DNA of 64,000 nt. Source: Halieaceae bacterium (lineage in GTDB: Bacteria; Pseudomonadota; Gammaproteobacteria; Pseudomonadales; Halieaceae). The notes below the pieces were generated by a model that had not been told where the DNA came from, searched no databases, and was given only the letters and a program-made list of their open reading frames with translations. The stretch is from positions 112,452 through 176,451 of the forward strand of contig PBLO01000004.1 in NCBI GenBank assembly GCA_002721785.1, given 5' to 3'. The position numbers and the translations under genes were made by a program. Within the stretch, counting starts at the first letter, position 1. Each line of letters starts with the position of its first letter. Below are positions 49,557 to 57,785 of the stretch, piece by piece.

Positions 49557-50564
49557 ATGAACGCGCCAATCCAGACAGCAGTGTCTTTGGAACCCAGGCC
49601 GTTATACGGCATTGGGACCGTTGCCAGATTGACCGGCCTTAAATCGGACACGCTCCGGGTGTGGGAGCGGCGTTATGGCCTCGGTGCAAGCTACAAGTCA
49701 CCGACAGGGCGTCGCCAGTACACCCAATCAGATCTCGATCACCTGCAATTGGTGGCCGCTTTAGTCAAGCAAGGGGTCAGGATCGGTGAAATCGCCGCCT
49801 CCGACCGCAAAACGCTCGAGGTGCTGTTAGAGCAGCAGGGCTCCACGTCGGGCTCACGCGCCGTTCCGCCGAGTAAATCCCGCGCGGTGTTTCTTGGTGC
49901 TGACCTCTGCAAGTGGCTGGACGCGCATCAGGGATGCATATCCGGCGTGTCGGCGCTGCTCGCAAGGATGAGCGTCGATGAGGCCGTTGCGAGCTTGGGT
50001 GCGGATCAAAGCGCTGATCTACTCGTGGTCCATTGCCCGTCTCTGACGCTGCAGCAGATTAAGGGCGTCGAAGCGATAGCGGATCGACTTGGCGTCAGGC
50101 GGACGATTGTGCTCTACCAGTTTGCCAACGAGCAGTGGCTGGCAGAGCTGGAGCGTCAGGGGCACAGTGCGCTGCAGTATCCAGTAGAGCCCTCACAATT
50201 GGCGTTCGAGATTGGACGAACGCAGGTCGAGAAGGAGACTTCGGAAGGCATTGGTAACCTGTCTGATCTCATGCCAGCAAAGCCTCGAATGTTCAACGAC
50301 GCCGAACTGCGCGCCGCGGCAGAGGAAAAGATCGTCATAGATTGTGAATGCCCTAGACATTTGTCGGACCTGATTCGTTCATTGAATGAGTTCGAAACGT
50401 ACTCGAGTGCGTGTTCGGTAGAGAACTGGAAAGACGCCGCCATTCACGCAAGCATCTATGCTTACACCTGCCAGGCAAGACACCTGATGGAGAAAGCCCT
50501 GCAGTCCGCGCTGGAAGGCCGTACGTTAAATGTCGAGTCTACGCCTGCGCTGAAGCGCGCCTGA
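49557..50564 (+). CDS. MerR family transcriptional regulator with a roughly 250-aa C-terminal extension
   Basis: 335 aa. It has the N-terminal MerR HTH YGIGTVARLTGLKSDTLRVWERRYGL...GRRQYTQSDLDHLQLV. The C-terminal part is not recognisable to me and ends with a Cys/His-rich segment IDCECPRH...C...H...C..RH. Confidence 0.8.
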   Translation: MNAPIQTAVSLEPRPLYGIGTVARLTGLKSDTLRVWERRYGLGASYKSPTGRRQYTQSDLDHLQLVAALVKQGVRIGEIAASDRKTLEVLLEQQGSTSGSRAVPPSKSRAVFLGADLCKWLDAHQGCISGVSALLARMSVDEAVASLGADQSADLLVVHCPSLTLQQIKGVEAIADRLGVRRTIVLYQFANEQWLAELERQGHSALQYPVEPSQLAFEIGRTQVEKETSEGIGNLSDLMPAKPRMFNDAELRAAAEEKIVIDCECPRHLSDLIRSLNEFETYSSACSVENWKDAAIHASIYAYTCQARHLMEKALQSALEGRTLNVESTPALKRA

Positions 50565-51141
50565 TGTCCTCAGCAAGGGCTTCCCACAAAGGGGAGCCCC
50601 TTAGCTGCCAGAACCACAGGCAGACAGGAGCAAGTGTTGGCATCAGCAAGACATTGAACTGATACGTCAGTGCGATCAGGTCCGCTGGTGGGACGCCCGC
50701 GGACTCCAAGAAAGGCGCGCCAACCATGACTAAAAGGTCTTTGCCCATAATCGATGCTAGGCCGAAGGCCATCAGAAGCCATAGCAGAAACAAGCCGATA
50801 CAGAACTTAAAGAGCGCGTCCCTCAGGTTCGAGGCCATCAGCAACGCGGCATAGAACGCAATGCTGTAGGAAACGAGGCGGGTATTCACCTCAAGCTCGA
50901 TCTGGTTGCCAGCGGCCTCAGCGGTGACGATGCTCCCCTCCACGACACCAAATTGTGTGAGCGCGACCATATCAATGCCTTTGAGTCCCGCAGAATCCAG
51001 CACTGCTGGGTACGCCATACCCATCAACACATCGCAGATCCACACTGCGGGTGCCGAGAACAGCGGCCCAGCCGCGTACCAGATACCAAAGGTGATCGGC
51101 ATCAAAATGAGCGTCAGCACAAATTGACGGCGTATCAGCAT
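50539..51141 (-). CDS. multi-pass membrane protein coupled to the exosortase-like gene (exosortase-associated membrane protein-like)
   Basis: 200 aa from the internal ATG at 51141 (MLIRRQFVLTLILMPITFGIWY...). This start overlaps the upstream stop (TAATG). It has several hydrophobic helices. Confidence 0.55.
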   Translation of the reverse strand: MLIRRQFVLTLILMPITFGIWYAAGPLFSAPAVWICDVLMGMAYPAVLDSAGLKGIDMVALTQFGVVEGSIVTAEAAGNQIELEVNTRLVSYSIAFYAALLMASNLRDALFKFCIGLFLLWLLMAFGLASIMGKDLLVMVGAPFLESAGVPPADLIALTYQFNVLLMPTLAPVCLWFWQLRGSPLWEALAEDIRRASAQA

Positions 51142-51647
51142 TAGGCTGCGTCCATCTCCGCCTCGGGGTTCTGCTTGCCCAGCCATTGCAGATAGATCGC
51201 AAAGACGATGAGAACATCCAACATGATCAGCACGGGCCATAGATAAAGGTGGAACCACTCAAATACGGTGTAGTTCCACTGACCCAAGTAAAAGAGCGAG
51301 ATGATCCGCACAATGTTCAGGGCTTGCACGAAAAGGAAGCCCGCGAGGATGGCAATCGCTTTGTTCTTCAGGGACGCCGGAAAGGCAACGATGCCCGCAA
51401 TCAGCACGATGGCTGCTTCCACTCCGTTACATCCCGCTTCGATTGAGACCGCAAACCCGGTGGTGGCGTCTCGCAGTACGCGACCCTGTGCGATGACGGT
51501 GTCATCAAAAGGCAGTATGACTGCTGTGCTGATAGTGGCGAGTATGCCGGTAAACGGCTGAATGACGGCCTCTTGAACCGGCTTCAACATTTCGACGGCG
51601 AATAAGGCTACCAAAACGCCGCAAAATAAAAATAAAAATCGAGCCAT
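51141..51647 (-). CDS. minimal exosortase/archaeosortase family protein (exosortase H-like)
   Basis: 168 aa and polytopic. It has Cys73 in IEAGCNGVEA, Asn111/Arg114 in ALNIVRI and His133 in EWFHLYLW, the Cys-Arg-His set of exosortases. Confidence 0.65.
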   Translation of the reverse strand: MARFLFLFCGVLVALFAVEMLKPVQEAVIQPFTGILATISTAVILPFDDTVIAQGRVLRDATTGFAVSIEAGCNGVEAAIVLIAGIVAFPASLKNKAIAILAGFLFVQALNIVRIISLFYLGQWNYTVFEWFHLYLWPVLIMLDVLIVFAIYLQWLGKQNPEAEMDAA

Positions 51648-51653
51648 AGCTGG

Positions 51654-53087
51654 TTACAGGATTGACTGAATCACGATGATGCCAATGATAGCGGGGCAGA
51701 AGTATTTCACATAGAAGGGCCAAATTCGCCAGAAGAGACCATTCACCGCGTTGGTGTCATTTTTGTTGAGCTCTCGGAGCAGGGCGTCGCGGTGCCAGAT
51801 CCACCCGGCAAAGACGCACACGGCGATCCCCAATATGGGCTGGCTGTAGCGAGTGGAGATGGTGATCACCAGGCCGAAAAGCGCGTCGAAGTTCAGGACC
51901 ACAAGTGCACTGAATAGTGCGATGCCTACTCCCGCGAGCAGGGTCGCCCTGCGTCTGCTGAGCTCGAATTGCTCGATCAGGTACGCCACAGGAACCTCAA
52001 GCATTGAGATAGAAGACGTCAATGCTGCAATACTCATCAGTAAGAAAAAGGCGGTGGCAAGCCATACGCCCGTCGTATTCATCGTCTCGAACAGTGCAGG
52101 TAATACGCTAAAGATCAGCGTGTCCTCAGATAGTAAGCCACCCGATTCACTGAAAATCGCGACACCACGTGCATCGGCGACATACATGGCAGGCAAAATC
52201 AAGAAGCCGGCGAGCACGGCAATGCCAACGTCGACCAGTGCGACTTGTGCTCCCACTCTGGGCACATTCTCCTGATCACTTAGATAAGAGCCATATATGA
52301 GCATGGTGCCCACACCCAGTGATAAGGAGAAAAATGCGCTGCCCAGTGCGTCTAGAAGCAAGTCGCCGGAGAGGACCTTGCCGAGATCCGGTAGCAGATA
52401 GGCTTGCAGTCCGATGAGCGCCCCGTCTAGCGTCAAGACGTAGGCGGCGAGGGCAATTAACGTGGCAATGAGAAGAGGCATCAGGCGGCGCGACCAGCGC
52501 TCGATACCGTTCTCTACACCGCCCAACACCACTGCCATCGTAAGTCCCATAAAGCCGAGCATGAGAAACAGGTTGCGAGAGGGCGTAAAGGCAACAAGCC
52601 ACTCGCTTGCCTCCATCAGGCCGGCGGCCCCAAGTGGATACGACGCAGAGAAACCGAGCATCCAGCCAGCGACGATTGCATAGAACGATAAAATGAGGCT
52701 CGCGGTGAGCAGACCGGCAAGCCCTGTTAATTTCCCCGCGAGTTTGAGTGGCCGCGCGTCTGGCAGAGACTCGAGTGCCTGCACCATGTTCCGGTGCGTG
52801 TGGCGACCGATGAGTAACTCTGCCATGAGCGCAGGGTAGGCGAGCACGAAGGCCAGGATAAGGTAGGTGATGAGAAAGGCTGCGCCACCATTACTTGCGG
52901 CCTGTGTGGGGAAGCCCCAGATATTGCCAAGTCCGACAGCTGAACCTGCGGCTGCAAGAATGAAACCCACGCGAGATTGAAACTCGCCACGTGTCACTGC
53001 CACAAGGCGCCCCAGATAGTTGGTTTTATTACGAGCTTGATGGTACCCAAAAGCCTGTGGGCCGTGGAGTGAAATTTCAGTGGGCAA
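51654..53087 (-). CDS. sodium-dependent transporter (neurotransmitter:sodium symporter / SNF family)
   Basis: 477 aa. It has RVGFILAAAGSAVGLGNIWGFP (the NSS TM1 signature) and about 11-12 TM segments. The exact start is uncertain. Confidence 0.9.
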   Translation of the reverse strand: MPTEISLHGPQAFGYHQARNKTNYLGRLVAVTRGEFQSRVGFILAAAGSAVGLGNIWGFPTQAASNGGAAFLITYLILAFVLAYPALMAELLIGRHTHRNMVQALESLPDARPLKLAGKLTGLAGLLTASLILSFYAIVAGWMLGFSASYPLGAAGLMEASEWLVAFTPSRNLFLMLGFMGLTMAVVLGGVENGIERWSRRLMPLLIATLIALAAYVLTLDGALIGLQAYLLPDLGKVLSGDLLLDALGSAFFSLSLGVGTMLIYGSYLSDQENVPRVGAQVALVDVGIAVLAGFLILPAMYVADARGVAIFSESGGLLSEDTLIFSVLPALFETMNTTGVWLATAFFLLMSIAALTSSISMLEVPVAYLIEQFELSRRRATLLAGVGIALFSALVVLNFDALFGLVITISTRYSQPILGIAVCVFAGWIWHRDALLRELNKNDTNAVNGLFWRIWPFYVKYFCPAIIGIIVIQSIL

Positions 53088-53153
53088 GCTGCCGGGGGGC
53101 TTTTGAAAGGCAAAGTGCGTGGTATCCTTCGCGCCCCTCAGCTTCCCCTCTCT

Positions 53154-53241
53154 GCCCGGGTGGTGAAATTGGTAGACACAGGAGACTTAAAATCTCCCGA
53201 CCGTTAAGGTCGTGCCGGTTCAAGTCCGGCCCCGGGCACCA
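53154..53241 (+). tRNA. tRNA-Leu (anticodon UAA)
   Basis: GCCCGGGTGGTGAAATTGGTAGACACAGGAGACTTAAAATCTCCCGACCGTTAAGGTCGTGCCGGTTCAAGTCCGGCCCCGGGCACCA has a long variable arm and the anticodon loop CTTAAAA. Confidence 0.95.
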
Positions 53242-53361
53242 CTCGTTGATGATGACCCCATGCCGCTTTGGGAGTGAAGGAGGCAGTAGGTTGTTACCTC
53301 CCGCTTACCGTTCTTGAAATCTCTGCCTCTTGCGGTTTAATGCCAACAAAAGGGGAAAGGC

Positions 53362-53658
53362 ATGATCCGATTCATCGCTGTCACGAGTTTTGTGCTGTGT
53401 GCTGCACACACTGCCGCGCAGATCACAGTACCTAAGGGTTATGCCATTGGCGATATCATCGTGATTGACCCGATCTTGTGTCAGGTCATGGAGTTCGATT
53501 TACCCGAGCCGTTACCCGAAATGTGCCAGAAGTTCGCTGAACTCGGCCAATCAACAGGATTCTTCGAAGACTATGGCCCATGGTGTATCAATTCCATGGA
53601 AGGCAAGGACGAAGCCACAATCCGTGAGGAGTGTGAGCGGCCGACTGCCAGCGAGTGA
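53362..53658 (+). CDS. small secreted cysteine-containing protein, unknown function
   Basis: 98 aa. It has an SD AAAGGGGAAAGG, the signal-like MIRFIAVTSFVLCAAHTAAQ, and four Cys in the mature part. Confidence 0.5.
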   Translation: MIRFIAVTSFVLCAAHTAAQITVPKGYAIGDIIVIDPILCQVMEFDLPEPLPEMCQKFAELGQSTGFFEDYGPWCINSMEGKDEATIREECERPTASE

Positions 53659-53723
53659 TTAATGCTTTGGCGAGCAGTGACGAATGAGCTTGCCGCTACT
53701 GCGCGTGGGCTGACAACTCCCTT

Positions 53724-54128
53724 CTACCATTCATCAACAAATATGGTTTTTGCCTCCCGTTCGTTTTCCCGGAAGAGGAAAAAAACAAGCACACAGGTGA
53801 AAACTAAAAACGCTCCTTGCTTCCAGTTTGGGCTGGCATAGACAAAAACATAGGCGGGTCCAAAAACGAGGGCCCAGGTACAAAAATATAGGAGAGGTGC
53901 CACCGATGACAGAGGTCTTCGCCTGCGAAGATAGTTCAGGCTAAACGTGGCGAAGGTAGCAAAGGCTGCTGAGCGCACCATATACAAATGTAAGTTCGAT
54001 TCGTCGATCAATACGTTGGTGAGTTCGCCTTTGCCGATCAGCACCAGGTCCATCCCGTAGAGCGGTAAAACGGCCATTACTGCCATCAGCAGTACAAGTG
54101 ACATCACAACAGCGTTAAAGATTCTCAT
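53724..54128 (-). CDS. membrane protein (about 4 TM), unknown function
   Basis: 134 aa. It has a strong SD (GAGGAGGG) upstream and four hydrophobic segments. Confidence 0.55.
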   Translation of the reverse strand: MRIFNAVVMSLVLLMAVMAVLPLYGMDLVLIGKGELTNVLIDESNLHLYMVRSAAFATFATFSLNYLRRRRPLSSVAPLLYFCTWALVFGPAYVFVYASPNWKQGAFLVFTCVLVFFLFRENEREAKTIFVDEW

Positions 54129-54292
54129 GGTTCCCTCCTCGCCCCCAGTTGGCGGAGATGACTACAGCATGGTTTCTCTGAATATCAGCTAGGTGCGGAT
54201 GCTTTTAGCTTATCTTGGGTTTTCGGCATCGCGACCACGGTATCAAATTGCGTCAAGGTTCGTAGGGTGCACTCCGCCCGCTGAAATTTGGT

Positions 54293-54691
54293 TTACCCAG
54301 GATGAGGTAGCAGCAGTAACGCACTGACTAATATTGTCCCCAAGGTCCCCAACATGGAAAGTGGGCGCAGAATGATTGGGAATCGTCGCGAGACGATCAT
54401 GACGTAGTGCACGAGTCGCGATACCAGCAGGATTGATCCCAATATTGTGAGAATAGTCTCTGATGTGCCCGCCAGATCGTTGAGCAGCATAAGCAGCAAA
54501 GCAATCGGGACGTTCTCGATAAAATTCCCATGTGCGCGGATGCGGTTGCGCAGTTCGTTATCCCCGCCGTCTCCTAGACTAATTTTGCTGCGCATTCGGT
54601 AGCCGCCAACGCGAAGCGTAAAAAACACGTGCATCACACCGAAAGTAGCGGCGAAGAATAGGGTTGTTTCAATACTGAGTGATTCGCTCAT
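54293..54691 (-). CDS. MAPEG family membrane protein (YecN-like)
   Basis: 132 aa. GDGGDNELRNRIRAHGNFIENVPIALLLML parallels E. coli YecN GDGGFSELQSAIRIHGNAVEYIPIAIVLML. Confidence 0.8.
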   Translation of the reverse strand: MSESLSIETTLFFAATFGVMHVFFTLRVGGYRMRSKISLGDGGDNELRNRIRAHGNFIENVPIALLLMLLNDLAGTSETILTILGSILLVSRLVHYVMIVSRRFPIILRPLSMLGTLGTILVSALLLLPHPG

Positions 54692-54888
54692 AAATGGCTG
54701 CGCTCACTGGCGTCGTTGTGGCAATGTTGAGAGTGTATAACACTGTGGCAGGGCGCTAGCGGGCCTTCTCTGCGAGAAAGTATGCACCTGCGATGGCGGC
54801 AGACGTTGATGCTGGTCGCGCACCACGCAGTGGTCTACCCGGAGCAGTAAGGCGTAAGTAACGGCAGATTCACTTCAAGGTCGTTACA

Positions 54889-55230
54889 GTGAAGCGTTTT
54901 GTTATTGCACTGTCTCTGGGCGTCATGGCCTCTGATCGCACGCACGCCTCACCACCGGTACACATTGTGATACCCGAGGATGGGTTCAGTGATTATCTTG
55001 CCCGTGACGGCGCTATTGCCGCCGTTCCCGTGGGGACCTTAATGCGCATTTCCTTTGACTACAGTGAGTATGACGCGCTGCATCCTTACCTGGTTGCCCA
55101 TCAATACTGTGGCGACAATCAGTTTCTGCAATGGGGCGCGGCGCCGCATCCGTCGCTCGGTGACATTGATCTGGTTTGCGTGCGAGGCGCGCCGGTGCTC
55201 TCTCAGGCTCTTGCCACGGCCGGCAATTAG
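54889..55230 (+). CDS. hypothetical exported protein
   Basis: 113 aa. It has a GTG start, the signal-like MKRFVIALSLGVMAS, a weak SD, and no family that I recognise. Confidence 0.35.
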   Translation: MKRFVIALSLGVMASDRTHASPPVHIVIPEDGFSDYLARDGAIAAVPVGTLMRISFDYSEYDALHPYLVAHQYCGDNQFLQWGAAPHPSLGDIDLVCVRGAPVLSQALATAGN

Positions 55231-55396
55231 GGCCCAATAACTCTCAGGTGCCAGCGCTTCGGGCTGGCCCGCCTTCCACGGCGCTCTCGACGGCCGCATT
55301 CTCATTTTCACTGTGTAGAGCGGGGGTCCTATCCGAGTGCTTCAAGCGCAGTGCTTCCTGTGTTTAGATTCGATCACACCAAAGGGGGATACGGCT

Positions 55397-56518
55397 GTGT
55401 TGAGAGGGATATTTCTGGGCTTGTGCTGTGTGGCCACTGTGTCTTGGGCCGATGATTACGAACTGCAAGCCACAGTGCAGACGCCCGATATTCAATTTGA
55501 ATCGGATACCGATATTGGCCTGTGGGCGCGTTTCCACTTTGCGATCCACACCGCTGACTTCGAGAACACGCGAGCCTTCTATCGGCGCCTGGGTTTCACT
55601 CAGGGCATCAGCGGATTCCCCGTCACCAATACGCATTCCATGGCCCGCGCTCTAGGCATGTTCGACGTGTGCCAATACGAATTGGAGAAAGGCGAGGTGT
55701 TGCTGTTCCCCGGCGCCGACAACACCACGGGTATTGACTTGTTGCAGTGGCGTAACCCGTTTAACCCGGAGCCGCCTTACGGTAAGCCCAATCACCTAGG
55801 GATGGCCTACGCGACCCTGATGACGGCAAATGTCACGTCTGATTACGCGTTGCTCAAGAATCAGGGCGTCCAATTTCTCAGTGAACCCTACGGTGCGCCG
55901 GGTAATCGCTTCGTATTCATGCGTGACCCGGATGGGATTTTCCTCAAGCTCGAGGAGAGCGCTATTCCCTCTCTGAAACCGAATAATGGGCAAACTCAAA
56001 TCATGGGCATGCCCTACATCGGCATTAATGTCAGTGATCTTCAGGCGTCGGTCGCCTTTTACCGACGATTTGGCTACGAGCACGTACGATGGATTAACGA
56101 GCAAACGCTAAGCGCTGAAGAATCGGCTGCCTGGGGTTTTGATCAGCCGGTGACGTATCGGGGGGCGGATATTGCGATTACCCGCGGGGACCACCACCGG
56201 ATTCGATTATTGCAGTGGATTACGCCATTTGATCCCGAGCCTGCTTACCCACCACCGATTAACCACAAAGGTATCAATCGGCTCGCACTCACCGTTCCCG
56301 ATGTGGAACGGGCAGCGCGCATTCTGCAGGAGCAGGGCGTGCCATTTCTGTCGGAGATAGCGCCATGTTGCTCTGGCACCGATACCGATACGGGCGGCAT
56401 TGTGCATGCGATCGACCCCGATGGGGTTTTTCTGGAACTGGTAGGCGATCTTGAGCCCCGGCCAGTCCCACCTCAGCCCGAACACTGCCCGCCGCTGGAA
56501 ATTCGATACCCAGACTGA
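55397..56518 (+). CDS. exported two-domain VOC (glyoxalase/bleomycin resistance/dioxygenase) family protein
   Basis: It contains two VOC-like modules (FHFAIHTADFENTRAFYRRLGF... and PYIGINVSDLQASVAFYRRFGY...). The preferred GTG start at 55397 follows AAGGGGGA and gives the signal peptide VLRGIFLGLCCVATVSWA. The ORF track starts at 55337. Confidence 0.75.
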   Translation: MLRGIFLGLCCVATVSWADDYELQATVQTPDIQFESDTDIGLWARFHFAIHTADFENTRAFYRRLGFTQGISGFPVTNTHSMARALGMFDVCQYELEKGEVLLFPGADNTTGIDLLQWRNPFNPEPPYGKPNHLGMAYATLMTANVTSDYALLKNQGVQFLSEPYGAPGNRFVFMRDPDGIFLKLEESAIPSLKPNNGQTQIMGMPYIGINVSDLQASVAFYRRFGYEHVRWINEQTLSAEESAAWGFDQPVTYRGADIAITRGDHHRIRLLQWITPFDPEPAYPPPINHKGINRLALTVPDVERAARILQEQGVPFLSEIAPCCSGTDTDTGGIVHAIDPDGVFLELVGDLEPRPVPPQPEHCPPLEIRYPD

Positions 56519-56911
56519 TCGTCACGGGGTCCTGTGCCCTAAAGCGCTTCGATGACGCGCTGGCCATAGCAGTACGCTCTTACTATCGTCATTGCTGGTT
56601 CGGTCGTTTCGATCAGAAAGCGGCGATCTTGTTGAAATTGCGGTTAACACGAGCCCGGTGCTGTCCGGCGTGCGCTATCAATTTCTGGCGTTGCTCAGTG
56701 CCTTCTCATCGTAACCATTCTGCTTGTTGCTAGATTTTGTAACACAACACTGGTATAGCTGACGGTCAGAGTGTCGCGTTAGCTTGACGCTCAGATGGTC
56801 GCTCGCGCGGGGTAGATGTTCGTGAGAGTTGAGCCAATACAGGGGTGCAGGGAATGTGGCCTCAATACACACCCATGGAGTGGCCACCATTATCTACAGG
56901 GGGAATCATTC

Positions 56912-57667
56912 ATGCTGTATCGCAATATTTGTTTGGCCTTGTCCTGTGTCTTCGCGCTCAGCGCAGTTCAGAGCAGTTTTGCTCAGGATCGCGCGGCCAT
57001 GGAGAGCTATGCCTGTAACTACGTTGAAGGCAAAGGTCTTGATGATTTGATGGCTGTCGCGGCCAAGTGGGACAAGTGGGCATCTGAGAATAATCCCGCG
57101 CCTTACCGGGCGTATGTACTGACACCGATCTTCGCCACCTTCGAAGAGGTGCCAGAAGCGGTGTGGATTGGCTTTTCGCCCACCTCCGCGCAATTGGGTG
57201 CGGTTGCCGATACCTGGTTATCCGAGGGCGGTGATTTGATCGCCGAGTTCGACAGCGTTGTGAAGTGTGGTGCGCACACGTTGGGTGGTAGCCGTATGGT
57301 GAAGGCGTATGAAAACGCTGGTGAGGCGGGCATCGTACAACTGAGTGCCTGCTCGCGAAATGACGGCGTGAGTTGGGCGCAGGTTGCCAAGGCTGATAAG
57401 GCATGGGCCGACTACATGACTGAACACGACCTGCCTGGCGGTAGCTATCGTTGGGGCGCGGGCCCGGGCACCGCAAAAGAATCCAAGATGGACTTCTATT
57501 CGGTGTGGATTACAGAGTCGCTTGAGCAACACGGCAGTGCTTGGGACAAGTTCGGCCAAATCGAAACTGCAGCGCAGGACATGCGTGCCATTTACGGTGA
57601 CGACAACCTCTACACTTGCGACAGATCTCGTATTTATCACGGTGTACCGGTCGGTGGATCTGACTAA
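56912..57667 (+). CDS. secreted protein of unknown function, internally duplicated (paralog 1)
   Basis: 251 aa from the ATG at 56912 (SD AGGGGGA), with the signal peptide MLYRNICLALSCVFALSAVQSSFA. It has two ~105-115-aa repeats, each bracketed by Cys residues. It is homologous to the next gene. Confidence 0.65.
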   Translation: MLYRNICLALSCVFALSAVQSSFAQDRAAMESYACNYVEGKGLDDLMAVAAKWDKWASENNPAPYRAYVLTPIFATFEEVPEAVWIGFSPTSAQLGAVADTWLSEGGDLIAEFDSVVKCGAHTLGGSRMVKAYENAGEAGIVQLSACSRNDGVSWAQVAKADKAWADYMTEHDLPGGSYRWGAGPGTAKESKMDFYSVWITESLEQHGSAWDKFGQIETAAQDMRAIYGDDNLYTCDRSRIYHGVPVGGSD

Positions 57668-57785
57668 GCCGGCGTAGCCTGTAACCCTGAGGCGGCTGCT
57701 GTGCAGTCGCCGTGGGGCTGCGGTCCGCTGGTCTGATACCTCGGTTCCGCAATTTTTATATAGCTAGATATTACAAAGGGGAAGC

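Noticed and set aside
49382-49651. 90-codon N-terminal extension of the sigma factor ORF (ORF-track start 49651).
   Set aside because: It would overlap the divergent MerR-type gene start and cover the repeat-bearing promoter region. The extension has no sigma-like sequence. The internal ATG at 49381 has a G-rich SD and is followed at once by region 1.2.
49860-50200. Cobalamin-binding domain in the MerR-type regulator, which would make it a CarH/LitR class I photoreceptor.
   Set aside because: The only candidate, LDAHQG, does not fit DxHxxG, and I could not find the downstream SxL and GG motifs. The idea is kept only as an open question in the findings and is not called as a feature.
53242-56518. 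Genomic island integrated at tRNA-Leu (a run of small orphan genes follows the tRNA).
   Set aside because: I found no integrase, no transposase and no direct repeat of the tRNA 3' end downstream. By eye the base composition does not differ from the flanks. The region is only a patch of poorly characterised genes.
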